A DNA stretch of 64,000 nt from Actinomycetes bacterium (GCA_024641245.1 JAHEDK010000004.1:6584-70583), one strand, 5' to 3'; counted from the stretch's first letter, positions 8,886 to 20,249 are shown. Notes: generated by a model not told the origin, from the letters alone. Program-made: numbers and translations.

Positions 8886-10007
8886 TCAAGTTCTCGGTTG
8901 GCGAGGCCCCGTCAGGACTACCAGCTGGTCTCTGTGGATCACGGTCAGTCCCGCCAGAGCAGAATCACCGGCCGCTCTGTGGAACTCGTCCACATCAACC
9001 TGCACTTGCCCCTTGGCGATCAAGGCCCCGTCTCCGTCGACCACCTCGACGGCGTCGCCGGCCGCGAACTTCCCCTGCATCTCTGTGATCCCCACCGCCA
9101 GCAACGAAGCACCCTCTTCGATAACAGCGTGTGCTGCACCGGGGTCGACGGCAATCGTTCCGGAAGGAGGTAGCCCGAAGGCAATCCACAACTTGCGGGC
9201 GGGAAGCCCGCTCGGATGTGGCTCTACCCACGTTCCCGTCGACGTTCCCGAAATGGCGGCACTGATCGCCACCGGGTCTTCTGCGGCGGCGATGATGGTA
9301 GGGATACCCGACCAGGCAGCCATTCGAGCCGCAGAGACCTTCGTCGCCACGCCCCCTGAGCCGACCGGGCCCGACGTACCGTGCGCCACGGAATCGAGCA
9401 CCTCGTCGGTGTGCCGCACTGCCGAGAGCAACTCAGCATTATCCGCCAACCGCGGGTCGGACGAGTAAAGGCCCGGCGTATCGGTCAGCAACAGCAGAAG
9501 ACCGGCACCTACTAGGTGGGAGACGATGGCCGCCAACCGGTCGTTGTCCCCGAGCCTGAGCTCCTCGACTGCAATCGTGTCATTCTCATTGACGATCGGT
9601 ACGACCCGCTCGCTCAACATGCGGTCGAGAGCCTGGCGTGCATGGAGATACTGGTCACGATTGGCCAGGATGTCCTTGGTGAGGAGCACTTGACCCGCAA
9701 CCATGCTGCGCTTTGAGAACCCGGCCGAATAGCGCTCCATGAGGCGCCCCTGCCCGACGGCCGCCGCTACCTGGAGTCCGGGTAGATCCCGCGGGCGCTC
9801 GCGCAAGCCCAGGGCCGGAAGGCCCGCCGCCACGGCGCCGGAGCTCACCAGCACAGTCGGGTTCCCCATGCTCCAACTGCCGGCGATCATCCCGGTGACA
9901 CGCTCGATCGCATCTTCGTCGATTCCTCCGCCGGGAAGCGTCAAGCTCGATGAGCCGACCTTGACAACGACCCTGGCTCCCGGCGAGATCGGTCGATGCC
10001 CGGTCAT
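8886..10007 (-). CDS. proB: glutamate 5-kinase
   Basis: VVKVGSSSLT N-terminus, an amino-acid-kinase fold and a PUA-like C-terminus. Overlaps the obg stop by 4 nt. Confidence 0.9.
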   Translation of the reverse strand: MTGHRPISPGARVVVKVGSSSLTLPGGGIDEDAIERVTGMIAGSWSMGNPTVLVSSGAVAAGLPALGLRERPRDLPGLQVAAAVGQGRLMERYSAGFSKRSMVAGQVLLTKDILANRDQYLHARQALDRMLSERVVPIVNENDTIAVEELRLGDNDRLAAIVSHLVGAGLLLLLTDTPGLYSSDPRLADNAELLSAVRHTDEVLDSVAHGTSGPVGSGGVATKVSAARMAAWSGIPTIIAAAEDPVAISAAISGTSTGTWVEPHPSGLPARKLWIAFGLPPSGTIAVDPGAAHAVIEEGASLLAVGITEMQGKFAAGDAVEVVDGDGALIAKGQVQVDVDEFHRAAGDSALAGLTVIHRDQLVVLTGPRQPRT

Positions 10008-11326
10008 TGCGCTTCGCCGCCCTCCACACCGTCCGGACCGCCCTCCGCTGTTTCACCCAACTCGAGTTCCTCGTCGTCTGAGAACTCGAACACGAGGTCT
10101 CCGATTCGCACCTCATCGCCTGGAACAGCTCCAGCCTGTCGGAGTGCTTCGTCGACGCCCAGCCGTTCCAGGCGTCCGGCGACGAAATCGGCCGTCATCG
10201 GAACGGTGAGGTCGTCGAGTCGCACAGCCCGCTCGGCGGCGCGACCCGTCACTTCCCACCCGCCCGGCCGTGCGTTGATCTCAAACGACTCGCGTACCGG
10301 GCGATGGAGGATGAATCCCTCTCGCTCCGGCTCTGCTCGGACTGCCAGGTCGATCGCGTCCGCCACCGCGTGAAGGAACGCCTCGAGCCCCCGACCCGTC
10401 ACGGCCGAGATGGAGAAGACTGACGGCTCACCGACGGCAGAGGCCAGCAAGGCCGTATCGAAGTCTTCGGCAGCCAGGTCGGCCTTCGACAGTGCAACGA
10501 CGCGTGGCCGATCGACGAGTTCAGCGGAGTGGCGCCGCAACTCATCGATCAAGACACGGTATTGCTCGGCAGGTGGGGCAATCTGCAACGGCGAAGGATC
10601 GAGCAAGACGACCAATGCCCGCGCGCGTTCAACGTGACGGAGAAACTCATGGCCAAGGCCCTTCCCCTCAGATGCACCTTCTATCAATCCGGGTACGTCC
10701 GCAACGACAAACTCACGCTCTCCTATCGCCACAACACCGAGGTTGGGTTCGAGCGTCGTGAATGGATAGTCGGCGATCTTCGGCTTGGCCGCGCTGATCG
10801 CAGAAATCAGGGTGCTTTTTCCGGCGTTGGGGAACCCGATCAAGGCGGCGTCGGCGAGCAGTTTCATTTCTAGAGTGAAGGTCGCCGACTCACCGTATTC
10901 GCCCTGCTCGGAAAAGGCAGGTGCTCGCCGTCTTGCGGAAATGAACGCAGCATTCCCGGATCCTCCCCGGCCGCCTTCGAGGGCCTTGACGTGCTGTCCG
11001 TGCTTGACGAGATCGGCGATCATGGTGCCTTCGTCGTCCCATACGGTGGTACCCAGTGGCACCTTGAGCACGAGATCCTCGCCGCGCCGACCGTGTTGAA
11101 GGTCGCCGCGACCGTGGGTTCCGTTTCCTGCGGCATGATGGGGGTTCCGCTGGTAGGTCAGCAGGGTCACCGTCGACTCATCTGCCTCGATGTAGACATC
11201 ACCCCCGGCGCCGCCGGAGCCGCCGATGGGCTTACCCTTCGGCTTTCCGCGCGAACGCACATATGAAACCACCCCCGCACCACCATTTCCGGCGCGGAGG
11301 TGGATGTTGACCTGATCGACGAACAC
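10004..11326 (-). CDS. obg: GTPase Obg/CgtA
   Basis: MFVDQVNIHLRAGNGGAG Obg fold, G-motifs GFPNAGKST and DVPGLIEGAS, and a C-terminal OCT-like domain. Confidence 0.95.
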   Translation of the reverse strand: MFVDQVNIHLRAGNGGAGVVSYVRSRGKPKGKPIGGSGGAGGDVYIEADESTVTLLTYQRNPHHAAGNGTHGRGDLQHGRRGEDLVLKVPLGTTVWDDEGTMIADLVKHGQHVKALEGGRGGSGNAAFISARRRAPAFSEQGEYGESATFTLEMKLLADAALIGFPNAGKSTLISAISAAKPKIADYPFTTLEPNLGVVAIGEREFVVADVPGLIEGASEGKGLGHEFLRHVERARALVVLLDPSPLQIAPPAEQYRVLIDELRRHSAELVDRPRVVALSKADLAAEDFDTALLASAVGEPSVFSISAVTGRGLEAFLHAVADAIDLAVRAEPEREGFILHRPVRESFEINARPGGWEVTGRAAERAVRLDDLTVPMTADFVAGRLERLGVDEALRQAGAVPGDEVRIGDLVFEFSDDEELELGETAEGGPDGVEGGEAQ

Positions 11327-11351
11327 GCGACGAAACCGTCGACGGCTCTCC

Positions 11352-11603
11352 CTACTCGGGGAGAACGCTCACCAGACGGCGACCGTTGCTGGCGTGGTAT
11401 TTGACGACACCCGGGGCCATGGCGAACAGCGTGAAGTCGCGCCCGAGGCCGACGTTATCACCCGGGTGAATACGGGTGCCCCGCTGGCGCACAATGATCG
11501 CTCCGGCGTTGACGACGTGGCCATCAAAGACCTTCGGTCCGAGGCGTTTCGCCTTTGAATCGCGACCGTTCTTGGTCGAGCCTCCGGCTTTGGTCTTGGA
11601 CAT
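11352..11603 (-). CDS. rpmA: 50S ribosomal protein L27
   Basis: [28 protein letters not shown]...IIVRQRGT is canonical L27. Confidence 0.95.
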   Translation of the reverse strand: MSKTKAGGSTKNGRDSKAKRLGPKVFDGHVVNAGAIIVRQRGTRIHPGDNVGLGRDFTLFAMAPGVVKYHASNGRRLVSVLPE

Positions 11604-11606
11604 CTG

Positions 11607-12005
11607 CTACTTCTCCTCAGCCTTGGTGGCAGCCTTGGCGGCTTTTGCCTTGGCAGGTTCTGCTTTGACAGGTTCCGCTTTGGCTTTCTTGGGCTTCGGG
11701 CCGACGATTTCCGTTACTTTGATAGTGGTGTAGATCTGTCGGTGACCCATACGCCGCCGATACCCCGTCTTGTTCTTGTACTTGAAGATATCGATCTTCT
11801 CGCCCTTCGTGTCACCGACTACTTCGGCGCGCACGGTGTATCCGGCGAGTTGCTCACGATCGCTGATGGTTGCACCACCGTCGTCGACAACGAGCAAGGG
11901 TTTGAATTCTACTGCTTCGCCGGCGTTCTTGAGCCGTTCGACGTCGATAACGTCTCCCTGGCGCACTTTCGCCTGCTTCCCGCCGGTGCGGATGATCGCG
12001 TACAT
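11607..12005 (-). CDS. rplU: 50S ribosomal protein L21 with Lys/Ala-rich C-terminal tail
   Basis: [23 protein letters not shown] is canonical L21. A tail of about 30 aa follows: [29 protein letters not shown]. Confidence 0.95.
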   Translation of the reverse strand: MYAIIRTGGKQAKVRQGDVIDVERLKNAGEAVEFKPLLVVDDGGATISDREQLAGYTVRAEVVGDTKGEKIDIFKYKNKTGYRRRMGHRQIYTTIKVTEIVGPKPKKAKAEPVKAEPAKAKAAKAATKAEEK

Positions 12006-12065
12006 TGTCGTCCTCAGGTCAAATGGGCGGTAACTCTACCGGGTATCGGTGAGTTTCCAACTCGG

Positions 12066-13601
12066 TTATATCACTTCAACGTCGTCGTCGGTTTCAAACG
12101 GGAGGCCGCGCAGTGCCGTGGCCTCGTGCAGAACGATACCCCGTCCCGAACACGTCGGACAGACCTCTGAAAACTGTTCGAGCAATCCGGCCGAAACGTT
12201 CTTACGGGTCATCTCGACCAGGCCGAGATTCGAGACGTCGAATACCTGGGTGCGGACTTTGTCCTTCGCCAGCGTTTCCTTCAGTCGCCTCAGCACGGCC
12301 TGCCGGTTGCGCGAGATCTCCATGTCAATGAAGTCGATCACGATGATGCCGCCGATATCGCGCAGTCGCAGTTGGCGACCGATCTCTTCGGCTGCCTCGA
12401 GGTTGTTCTGCAACACGGTGTCCTCGAGGTTTGAACTACCAACGAACTTGCCAGTGTTCACATCGATCACCGTCAGCGCTTCGGTTCGATCTACTACTAA
12501 ATGGCCGCCGGACTTCAGCCACACCTTCCGATCAAGAGCCTTCTGCAGTTGATCCTCGACGTGATACCGCTCGAAAAGCGGGATCTCATCCTGATACAGG
12601 CTGACTTTGTCGGTCAGATCGGGAGCCGTCCGATCGAGGTATGAGACGACTTCATCACGGGCCGCTTCATCATCGATGAGTAGACGCTTGAAGTCAGGTG
12701 TGAAGTGCTCCCGGATTACCCTGATCAGCAGACCGGGCTCTTCGTACACCGGGCGAGGAGCCCCGCCGGCAGCAGCCTCTTCCTTGATCAGGTCCCAAAC
12801 TCTGACGAGCCTGTTGATGTCGGTCTCGATCTCTTCTTTCGTTGCTGCGGCCGCAGCAGTTCTCACGATGACGCCAAACCCGTCCGGCTTGACTTCTCGC
12901 AGGATGTCGCGCAGACGAAGACGGTCTTCTTCAGGGAGGCGGCGTGAGATTCCTTGCATGTCTGAATCGGGCGCAAGCACGAGATACCTGCCGGGGACCG
13001 TAACCTGCCCGGTCAGCCGGGCACCCTTGGCACCCATCGCGTCCTTTACGACCTGGACCAGCACCTCGTCCCCTTCGGCGAGCACCTGCTCGATACGAGG
13101 GTGATGGCCATGGACAGTGGCATCGACTTTGATATCGCCCGCATAGAGCACGCCATTCTTCGGCTCTCCGAAATCGAGGAACGCGGCCTCCATTCCAGGC
13201 AGAACGTTCTTGACCTTGGCGAGGTACATGTTGCCTGCCAGAGATGTTCGCTCCTGTCGGGCGACGTAGTGCTCGACCAATGAGGGCCCCTCGAGTATGA
13301 CAACCTGGGTCTGGGTGGGAAGTACCCGGACAAGCATCTGTTTCTTGCCCGTTTCAGGCGGCAGGATGATCTCTTCCTCGAGGTGGCGCGGTGTCCGCCC
13401 GCGGCTTTCGCGCCCGGGAGGGCGGGGCTTGGTCTGGCGTCCTTTCGACGCCGATTCCCGTTTCTTTTCCTCAGGAACGGCACGCACTCTGCGTACTTCG
13501 ACCGTTTCGCGGCCGACGCGCCTGGTTGTACGTTCTTCGACCTCGTTGTCGCCCACCCCGCGGCGGACGACCTGAGCCGATTTGCGGCGGAACAACGCCA
13601 T
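12066..13601 (-). CDS. rne: ribonuclease E/G family endoribonuclease
   Basis: S1 domain plus catalytic core (GGIIVIDFIDM, LGLVEMTRKN). Basic Arg-rich N-terminal extension. The ATG at 13601 is preferred (AAGGA upstream). The ORF track begins at the GTG at 13634, which lacks an SD. Confidence 0.85.
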   Translation of the reverse strand: MALFRRKSAQVVRRGVGDNEVEERTTRRVGRETVEVRRVRAVPEEKKRESASKGRQTKPRPPGRESRGRTPRHLEEEIILPPETGKKQMLVRVLPTQTQVVILEGPSLVEHYVARQERTSLAGNMYLAKVKNVLPGMEAAFLDFGEPKNGVLYAGDIKVDATVHGHHPRIEQVLAEGDEVLVQVVKDAMGAKGARLTGQVTVPGRYLVLAPDSDMQGISRRLPEEDRLRLRDILREVKPDGFGVIVRTAAAAATKEEIETDINRLVRVWDLIKEEAAAGGAPRPVYEEPGLLIRVIREHFTPDFKRLLIDDEAARDEVVSYLDRTAPDLTDKVSLYQDEIPLFERYHVEDQLQKALDRKVWLKSGGHLVVDRTEALTVIDVNTGKFVGSSNLEDTVLQNNLEAAEEIGRQLRLRDIGGIIVIDFIDMEISRNRQAVLRRLKETLAKDKVRTQVFDVSNLGLVEMTRKNVSAGLLEQFSEVCPTCSGRGIVLHEATALRGLPFETDDDVEVI

Positions 13602-13669
13602 GGAACTCGTATCCTTCCGGTCTTCACTACTCACTGTGCGAGCGAACGAGTCCGGGGTTCCGACCTCTG

Positions 13670-13689
13670 CCGCACGGTGATCCGTGCGG
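13670..13689 (-). promoter_or_regulatory. perfect 8-bp hairpin in the rne 5-prime leader
   Basis: CCGCACGG-TGAT-CCGTGCGG lies 36-70 nt upstream of the candidate rne starts, inside a 270-nt non-coding leader. Confidence 0.4.
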
Positions 13690-13904
13690 CGCCTCAGCCG
13701 GCTCTCCTGTTCAGGTGGTCATGGGAGAGCGGGCATACACCTATACCCTGCCGTCGAGTCCGGATGGTCCGAGGGGTTCTGAGGTTCGTACGCCTCGAGA
13801 CTCTGCCGGGATCGACCGGAAACACCTTCTTGAAGGAGGTCGCGTCCGTAAACTCACGACCGCTCGCGGTCGCATCCGTAGGGTAGCACCAAATCACCGC
13901 ACGA

Positions 13905-14576
13905 CTAGCGATCCACCGCCAGCTGTGGCTGCTCTGGTTCGTTCGGGTCGTAGCAGTTGCGGCACCGAGCCTCATAAGCATCGGTTGCACCGAGCACGAC
14001 CAGATCATCGGATTTGATGATCCGCTGAGTGAATGCTGCGGGCGCACCGCATCGGTGACAGACGGCCAACATCTTGGTCACATACTCCGAGCGCGCGCAC
14101 AGCGTGGGAATCGGCTCGAACGGCCGGCCCAAGTAGTCGAGATCGAGACCGGCGACGATCACCTGCTTGCCGGCCTTCGCCAGCCGCTCCGTTACTTCGA
14201 TGATTCGATCGTCGAAGAACTGGCCTTCGTCTATCCCGACGACCTGAGTGGCGTCGTCTATCTTGCGCAGCAATGTGAAGGAGTCCGGGACCGGCTCGGC
14301 AGTCACGGACAGCGAACTGTGCGAGACCACCTGGCGATCTGCATAGCGGATGTCGAGGGACGGTTTGAAGGTTTGAACAGGAACCCGGGCGATCTTCGAG
14401 CGGGTGATTCGCCGGATGAGCTCTTCGCTTTTGCCCGAGAACATCGGGCCACAGATCACTTCGATCCAACCCTGATCACCACGTCGATACATGGCAAGGA
14501 AGCATAGCTTGTCGGGTTCGGCTTCCTCGGAGCGCGCACCCTGGCCCATGGCATCAATCGTGCTGGGCTCGATCAC
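13905..14576 (-). CDS. tdk: thymidine kinase
   Basis: Contains ICGPMFSGKSEELIRR and a C-terminal Zn-ribbon (CHRCG...CRNCY). The GTG at 14576 overlaps the rodA stop. Internal ATGs at 14549 or 14492 are alternative starts. Confidence 0.9.
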   Translation of the reverse strand: MIEPSTIDAMGQGARSEEAEPDKLCFLAMYRRGDQGWIEVICGPMFSGKSEELIRRITRSKIARVPVQTFKPSLDIRYADRQVVSHSSLSVTAEPVPDSFTLLRKIDDATQVVGIDEGQFFDDRIIEVTERLAKAGKQVIVAGLDLDYLGRPFEPIPTLCARSEYVTKMLAVCHRCGAPAAFTQRIIKSDDLVVLGATDAYEARCRNCYDPNEPEQPQLAVDR

Positions 14577-15748
14577 ACGATGTATGTTTCACCGGGGACC
14601 GGCGATCGTTTCCGCCAGATCGAATTGAGCAATCCCATCGCGAATGCGAACGTGAGCAGCGACGACCCCCCATAGCTGAGGAACGGAAGCGGCAGCCCGG
14701 TGACCGGCATGATCTTCATTGTCATACCGATATTGACGAACACCTGGAACATGATCATCGAGCCGATACCGACGGCGAGCAGGCTCCCGAATCGATCGCG
14801 AGCCATTGCCGCGACGACGAACGCTCTCCATAAAAGGACGACGAAGGCTGCGATCACCAGAGCTGAGCCTAGAAACCCGAGCTGCTCTCCTACTGCCGTG
14901 AAGATGAAGTCGGTTTCTTGCTCCGGGACAAAACGGAGATTGGTCAGTGCACCGTCGAATAGACCCGTCCCCGTTAGCTGGCCCGATCCGATCGCCGTGA
15001 CGCTCTGCGCTTGTTGATAGGCGATGCCGAGCGGGTCGGCGCTCGGATCGTAGAAAGCGGTCAACCGCTCCAGTTGATAGTCCTTGAGTAGTCCACGCTG
15101 GAACACCACGGCCACCGCGCCGACCGTACCACCGCCGAGGGCGATCATCTGCTTCCACGTCGCTCCACCGGCAAACAGCATGACGAAAGTGACGAAGGCG
15201 AACACCAACATGGTCCCGAGATCGGGCTGCAGGAAGATCAGAAGGGCCGGAATCGCGACGAGAAACAAGGCCTGGACGATGCGCTTCCACTGCATGCCTT
15301 CTTGTCTGGCAGGGGCCAGCACGGTGGCCAGCACGATCACCATCGTGATCTTGGCGAACTCCGAAGGTTGCACCTGGAAGATCCCGAGGTCGATCCAACG
15401 CTTCACGTTCTCTTGAGCGGGAATCAGAGGAGAGATCAAAAGTATGAGTGCCGCCAGAGTGCCTAGATAGATCCAGGCGGCATAGTTGCGGAACTCCCGG
15501 TAGTCGAGCAGCGAACCCGCGACGTACACACCAACTGCGATGACGGCGAAGATGATCTGGCGCTGCATCAACCTGCCAGGATCCAGATTCTGGAGTTCGA
15601 GTTGCTCGCGTGTGCTGGCATAGATCATCAACACCCCGACGCTGATCAAGGCCATCATCACAACGAATGAGGTCACATCGGGTCCCGGGCGCTTGCGATC
15701 CGCGACAATGCCGGGAGCTCCTACCCTCGATCCATCGACGAGAGGCAT
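14573..15748 (-). CDS. rodA: SEDS peptidoglycan polymerase RodA/FtsW family
   Basis: Polytopic FtsW/RodA sequence. Start set at the ATG at 15748, which overlaps the PBP2 stop (ATGA). The upstream 204 codons of the 595-aa ORF lie inside the PBP2 gene and are Arg-rich shadow. Confidence 0.9.
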   Translation of the reverse strand: MPLVDGSRVGAPGIVADRKRPGPDVTSFVVMMALISVGVLMIYASTREQLELQNLDPGRLMQRQIIFAVIAVGVYVAGSLLDYREFRNYAAWIYLGTLAALILLISPLIPAQENVKRWIDLGIFQVQPSEFAKITMVIVLATVLAPARQEGMQWKRIVQALFLVAIPALLIFLQPDLGTMLVFAFVTFVMLFAGGATWKQMIALGGGTVGAVAVVFQRGLLKDYQLERLTAFYDPSADPLGIAYQQAQSVTAIGSGQLTGTGLFDGALTNLRFVPEQETDFIFTAVGEQLGFLGSALVIAAFVVLLWRAFVVAAMARDRFGSLLAVGIGSMIMFQVFVNIGMTMKIMPVTGLPLPFLSYGGSSLLTFAFAMGLLNSIWRKRSPVPGETYIV

Positions 15749-17688
15749 CAGCTGCCATCCTCTGTCGCGTCGGCTGGAGTCGCTGCTCCGCCCGGCCGCA
15801 CGGGCGTAACCGGCTCGTTGGGCAGCAAGTACTGCATAATGTTGCGAGCAGCCGGGGCTGCGACTCGCCCTGCGATACCACCGTCCACGATCATCACGGC
15901 CACGACGTAGCGCGGGTTGTCGATGGGGGCGATGCCGATGAACCAGGAGGTGTTGTCCTTGGAGGCGTCCCGCTCGGCTGTGCCCGTCTTCCCCCCGGTT
16001 TGCCAGGGGTTCTGCATCACACTGAATGCTGCAGCAGCTGTGCCGCCGGCATTGGTCACCCTGGTCAGATCCTCCCGGATGAACTGCTCGTGCGCCTCGG
16101 TGAACTCGATGGTGCGAGCGACGCGCCTTCCGACGTCGAGGACGACATCGCCCTGCACGGAAATGACCTGGTCGACCACGTGCGGCTCGAGGACAGTTCC
16201 CCCATTCACCAGGGCCGCGTAGGCAACGGCCATCTGGAGTGGCGTCGCCAGCACGTCGCCCTGTCCGATGGCGATTCCCATGATATCGCCGCCGCGCCAG
16301 ATGGCCTCGGTGAATCGATCCGGAGACAGCAACAGGCTCCCCTGCGGCGAGGCCGCCCACTCCTCATAAAGCGCTCGGTCGGGAATCCGGCCGCCCTTCT
16401 CAAAAGGCAGATCTACACCGGTAGGTTCGCCAAGGCTAAGGCGCCGGGCCCACTGCTGGAGAATGTCCTCGTTCTCGGGATCGTTCTTGTACTCACGCCA
16501 GATCGTCAGCGCCACCTGCCAGAAATAGACGTTGCAGGACTCGCCGAGCGCCGTGTGTAGATCGGTCGCTCCATGACCGGAGTCTGTGAACACCAGTTGT
16601 CCGGCCTCGTTGTCGTCGATGCCCAGGTCGAGTTCGCCGTCGCAGTTGATCGTTCCCGACGGCGATGCGATCCCGCGCGGGTACAGACCCTCGTTGATGG
16701 CGGCCGCCCAGGTGATCCCCTTGAAGGTGGACCCGGGGGGATACGCGCCCTGAATAGGCAGGCTGGTAAAGACGTTGCGTTCCTCGAGCGCCGTGTACTC
16801 GACCTGGCTGATGCCGTTGACGAACAGGCTCGGATCGAAATCAGGATACGAATAGAGCGCCAGCACCGAACCATCGGTAACGTCCATAACGACGGCTGCA
16901 GCCAGTTCCGGGTTTCCCTCTTCGAGCTCCCTCGACAGGATCATCGCCTCGTTGACGGCAAACTCGGTCTGCCGCTGCAGCCCCTGATCGAGCGTCAGGT
17001 AGACGGTGTCGCCCTGCACGGCGGGTAGTTCCTCCTCGAGACCGAGGGGGCGGCCTTGCGGATCAACCCGATACAGCAGAGTCCCACGCTCCCCCTGCAG
17101 GTACTCGTCGTAGAATTTCTCGACGCCGTACTTCCCGATCGTCCCGTTCGGGTCCAGATCCGGGCCCGCCGCCGCGACGTCGTCGGGGCTCGGCCGCCCG
17201 ATATAGCCGATGACGTGCGACAGGAGCGAGCCTTCCGGGTAGACGCGGATCGGACGATCCTGGACCACGACACCGGGAAAATCCGCCGCATTCTTCAGGA
17301 CATATGCCATCTGCTCCGGGGTGACCATCCCCAAAGAGAGTTGGGTTGCCGGGCCTGCCTGCTCGAAAAGCGCCCTGACCTCAACCGCAGGACGATCGAG
17401 CAGCGCACTGATCTGCTGTATGAGAGCCTCTTCTTCGTCGGCGGCCACTGCGGCCTGATCAACAATCATCTCGGGGACGATGCGGCTCGACGCCAGCAAT
17501 CTTCCTCGCGCATCGCGTATCTCGCCGCGAGCCGCCGTGGTCCGATCGGCGTCCAACTGCTGTCTGCTGGCTTCTTCCTCGTACATGATCCCGCTCGCCA
17601 CTTGCACGAACCACAGTCTGGTGAAGAGCAGTGAGAAGAGAACCACAAAGGCCATGCCCAACACGGCCAGCCGGCGTGGGAAGTTCAC
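15748..17688 (-). CDS. mrdA: penicillin-binding protein 2 (elongasome transpeptidase)
   Basis: TM anchor LAVLGMAFVVLFSLLF, dimerisation domain, and transpeptidase motifs STFK and KTGTA. The GTG at 17688 overlaps the mreD stop (GTGA). The ORF-track start at 17970 is probably too far upstream. Confidence 0.85.
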   Translation of the reverse strand: MNFPRRLAVLGMAFVVLFSLLFTRLWFVQVASGIMYEEEASRQQLDADRTTAARGEIRDARGRLLASSRIVPEMIVDQAAVAADEEEALIQQISALLDRPAVEVRALFEQAGPATQLSLGMVTPEQMAYVLKNAADFPGVVVQDRPIRVYPEGSLLSHVIGYIGRPSPDDVAAAGPDLDPNGTIGKYGVEKFYDEYLQGERGTLLYRVDPQGRPLGLEEELPAVQGDTVYLTLDQGLQRQTEFAVNEAMILSRELEEGNPELAAAVVMDVTDGSVLALYSYPDFDPSLFVNGISQVEYTALEERNVFTSLPIQGAYPPGSTFKGITWAAAINEGLYPRGIASPSGTINCDGELDLGIDDNEAGQLVFTDSGHGATDLHTALGESCNVYFWQVALTIWREYKNDPENEDILQQWARRLSLGEPTGVDLPFEKGGRIPDRALYEEWAASPQGSLLLSPDRFTEAIWRGGDIMGIAIGQGDVLATPLQMAVAYAALVNGGTVLEPHVVDQVISVQGDVVLDVGRRVARTIEFTEAHEQFIREDLTRVTNAGGTAAAAFSVMQNPWQTGGKTGTAERDASKDNTSWFIGIAPIDNPRYVVAVMIVDGGIAGRVAAPAARNIMQYLLPNEPVTPVRPGGAATPADATEDGS

Positions 17689-18188
17689 AGCGCCCTGCTC
17701 CGCGACCGGCCCTCGAGGGCGCGTGCAATCACCGGCTGCGCCAGGAAAGCGAGAACGAAGTTGTATCCGGGTACCAGCATGATCCGCCGGAGAGCGTCGG
17801 GTTCGGTAAGGGTTGCCTGCCCAAATAGCGTACCAATGACCCCAAGTAACACGACGCCGGCCAGGCTCAGTACGAGCACGACGAGGGCCCCCGACATGAG
17901 GCCGAGGTCGAAGCGCGACCGGGCCCGAACTGCCATGTATGCGACCAAAGTGAGGGTCAAGGCCCGCCATCCCAGAAGGCTCGATGCCAGCAGGTCGACC
18001 AGAACACCGCCGGTGAAGCCGACCAGTAGCGCCGCGTCATCGTCTAGCCAGCGGGCCGTCACGATTGTCACGACCATCACGACATCCGGGGCCACGCGAA
18101 ACGGCCTGATCCCACCAACCGAGAACAGGGTCGTCTGGACGAGCACCCCCAGCAGGATCAACACAAGCGACGCCGACCGCGCTCTCAT
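17685..18188 (-). CDS. mreD: rod shape-determining protein MreD
   Basis: 167 aa multi-TM protein between mreC and PBP2, with overlapping stop/start codons on both sides. Confidence 0.75.
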   Translation of the reverse strand: MRARSASLVLILLGVLVQTTLFSVGGIRPFRVAPDVVMVVTIVTARWLDDDAALLVGFTGGVLVDLLASSLLGWRALTLTLVAYMAVRARSRFDLGLMSGALVVLVLSLAGVVLLGVIGTLFGQATLTEPDALRRIMLVPGYNFVLAFLAQPVIARALEGRSRSRAL

Positions 18189-19105
18189 GGTGCTTCGGTC
18201 GTGCTGGTGGACCCGGACGTGCTGTCAGCGTCCGGGGTTGTCGTGTCGGTTGGCACGTCCACAGGCTCGCCACCCTGGTCGCCGGCTGTGCCCAGCACGG
18301 TTACGAACTGGAGGCGGGTGAAGTCGACGAACGGAACAACGTCGTTGGTATCGATCTTGGATACGTTGACATCCGCCCGGGCGGTGACGATGGCGACATT
18401 GAGCCCATTCGGCGTGTTGTTGTCGTGCCGGAATGTCCTCAACACGCTGTCGGCCGTCACAGGGCTCGTGGCATCGTATACCTCGAGCCGAACCTCATCT
18501 TCGGTTCCTTGCCCGGAGATGAAGCCGGGATCCCCAGCTTCCGTGACAACACCGACCACCGTACCCGAAGCAATAATCGGAGAAACGATCGCATTGGCTT
18601 CGCTGACCTCGACGACGAACCCGATGAGCGAACCCGAGGCGTCGACAACCACACTGCCCAGCACAATGCCGTCGTCTGATCCCCGGTTGATGGTGAGGCG
18701 CAGATCAAAGGAGTCCCCACTGCTGATGATGGCGGCAGTCGTGAGATTGAAGTCGGGGAACTTGTCCTGCAATGCAAGCAGAGCCCGGAGTTGATCGTTC
18801 TCCACCAACGCCGCCTCGGCCTCCGCCATTCTCGCCAGCAGGGTCTCGCGCTCGGCTCGCAGCCGATCGTTCTCGTCTCGCAATGAAGCCAGATTGGCGA
18901 GTGCGTCGAATGCGTCGACAACCGGATCGATCACCGCTTGCGCGACACTCTGAAATGGGTTGAAGACCGACTGAGCGCCGCTCCGGACTGTCTGAATGAA
19001 CCCCTCTCCGGACGACCGAATGTCAAACGTCATGAGCAGGAATGAGATCAGCACCAGCACACCGAGTGTGACGGTGCCGCGGCGTGGACTTCCGTACGGA
19101 AGCAT
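18185..19105 (-). CDS. mreC: rod shape-determining protein MreC
   Basis: N-terminal TM segment, coiled coil (ENDRLRAERETLLARMAEAEAAL), beta-rich domains and a Thr/Ser-rich tail. Confidence 0.85.
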   Translation of the reverse strand: MLPYGSPRRGTVTLGVLVLISFLLMTFDIRSSGEGFIQTVRSGAQSVFNPFQSVAQAVIDPVVDAFDALANLASLRDENDRLRAERETLLARMAEAEAALVENDQLRALLALQDKFPDFNLTTAAIISSGDSFDLRLTINRGSDDGIVLGSVVVDASGSLIGFVVEVSEANAIVSPIIASGTVVGVVTEAGDPGFISGQGTEDEVRLEVYDATSPVTADSVLRTFRHDNNTPNGLNVAIVTARADVNVSKIDTNDVVPFVDFTRLQFVTVLGTAGDQGGEPVDVPTDTTTPDADSTSGSTSTTEAP

Positions 19106-19140
19106 GAATCAGGTCTCCCTCGACAGCGTCGGCAAGGTGC

Positions 19141-20184
<1,044 letters not shown>

Positions 20185-20249
20185 TTAGGGAATGGAAGAG
20201 CAAGGATAGTTGCCGGTTGAGGTTTTTCCCACCCGGTAGTTGTCCGGTT

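Noticed and set aside
15749-16360. N-terminal 204 codons of the 595-aa RodA ORF. The same issue applies to the N-terminal extensions of the PBP2 (17689-17970), ProA, ClpP, MBL and hemolysin-III ORFs.
   Set aside because: The extensions overlap the upstream genes, are Arg/Pro/Gly-rich, and precede well-placed coupled start codons (ATGA or GTGA overlaps). Starts were trimmed.
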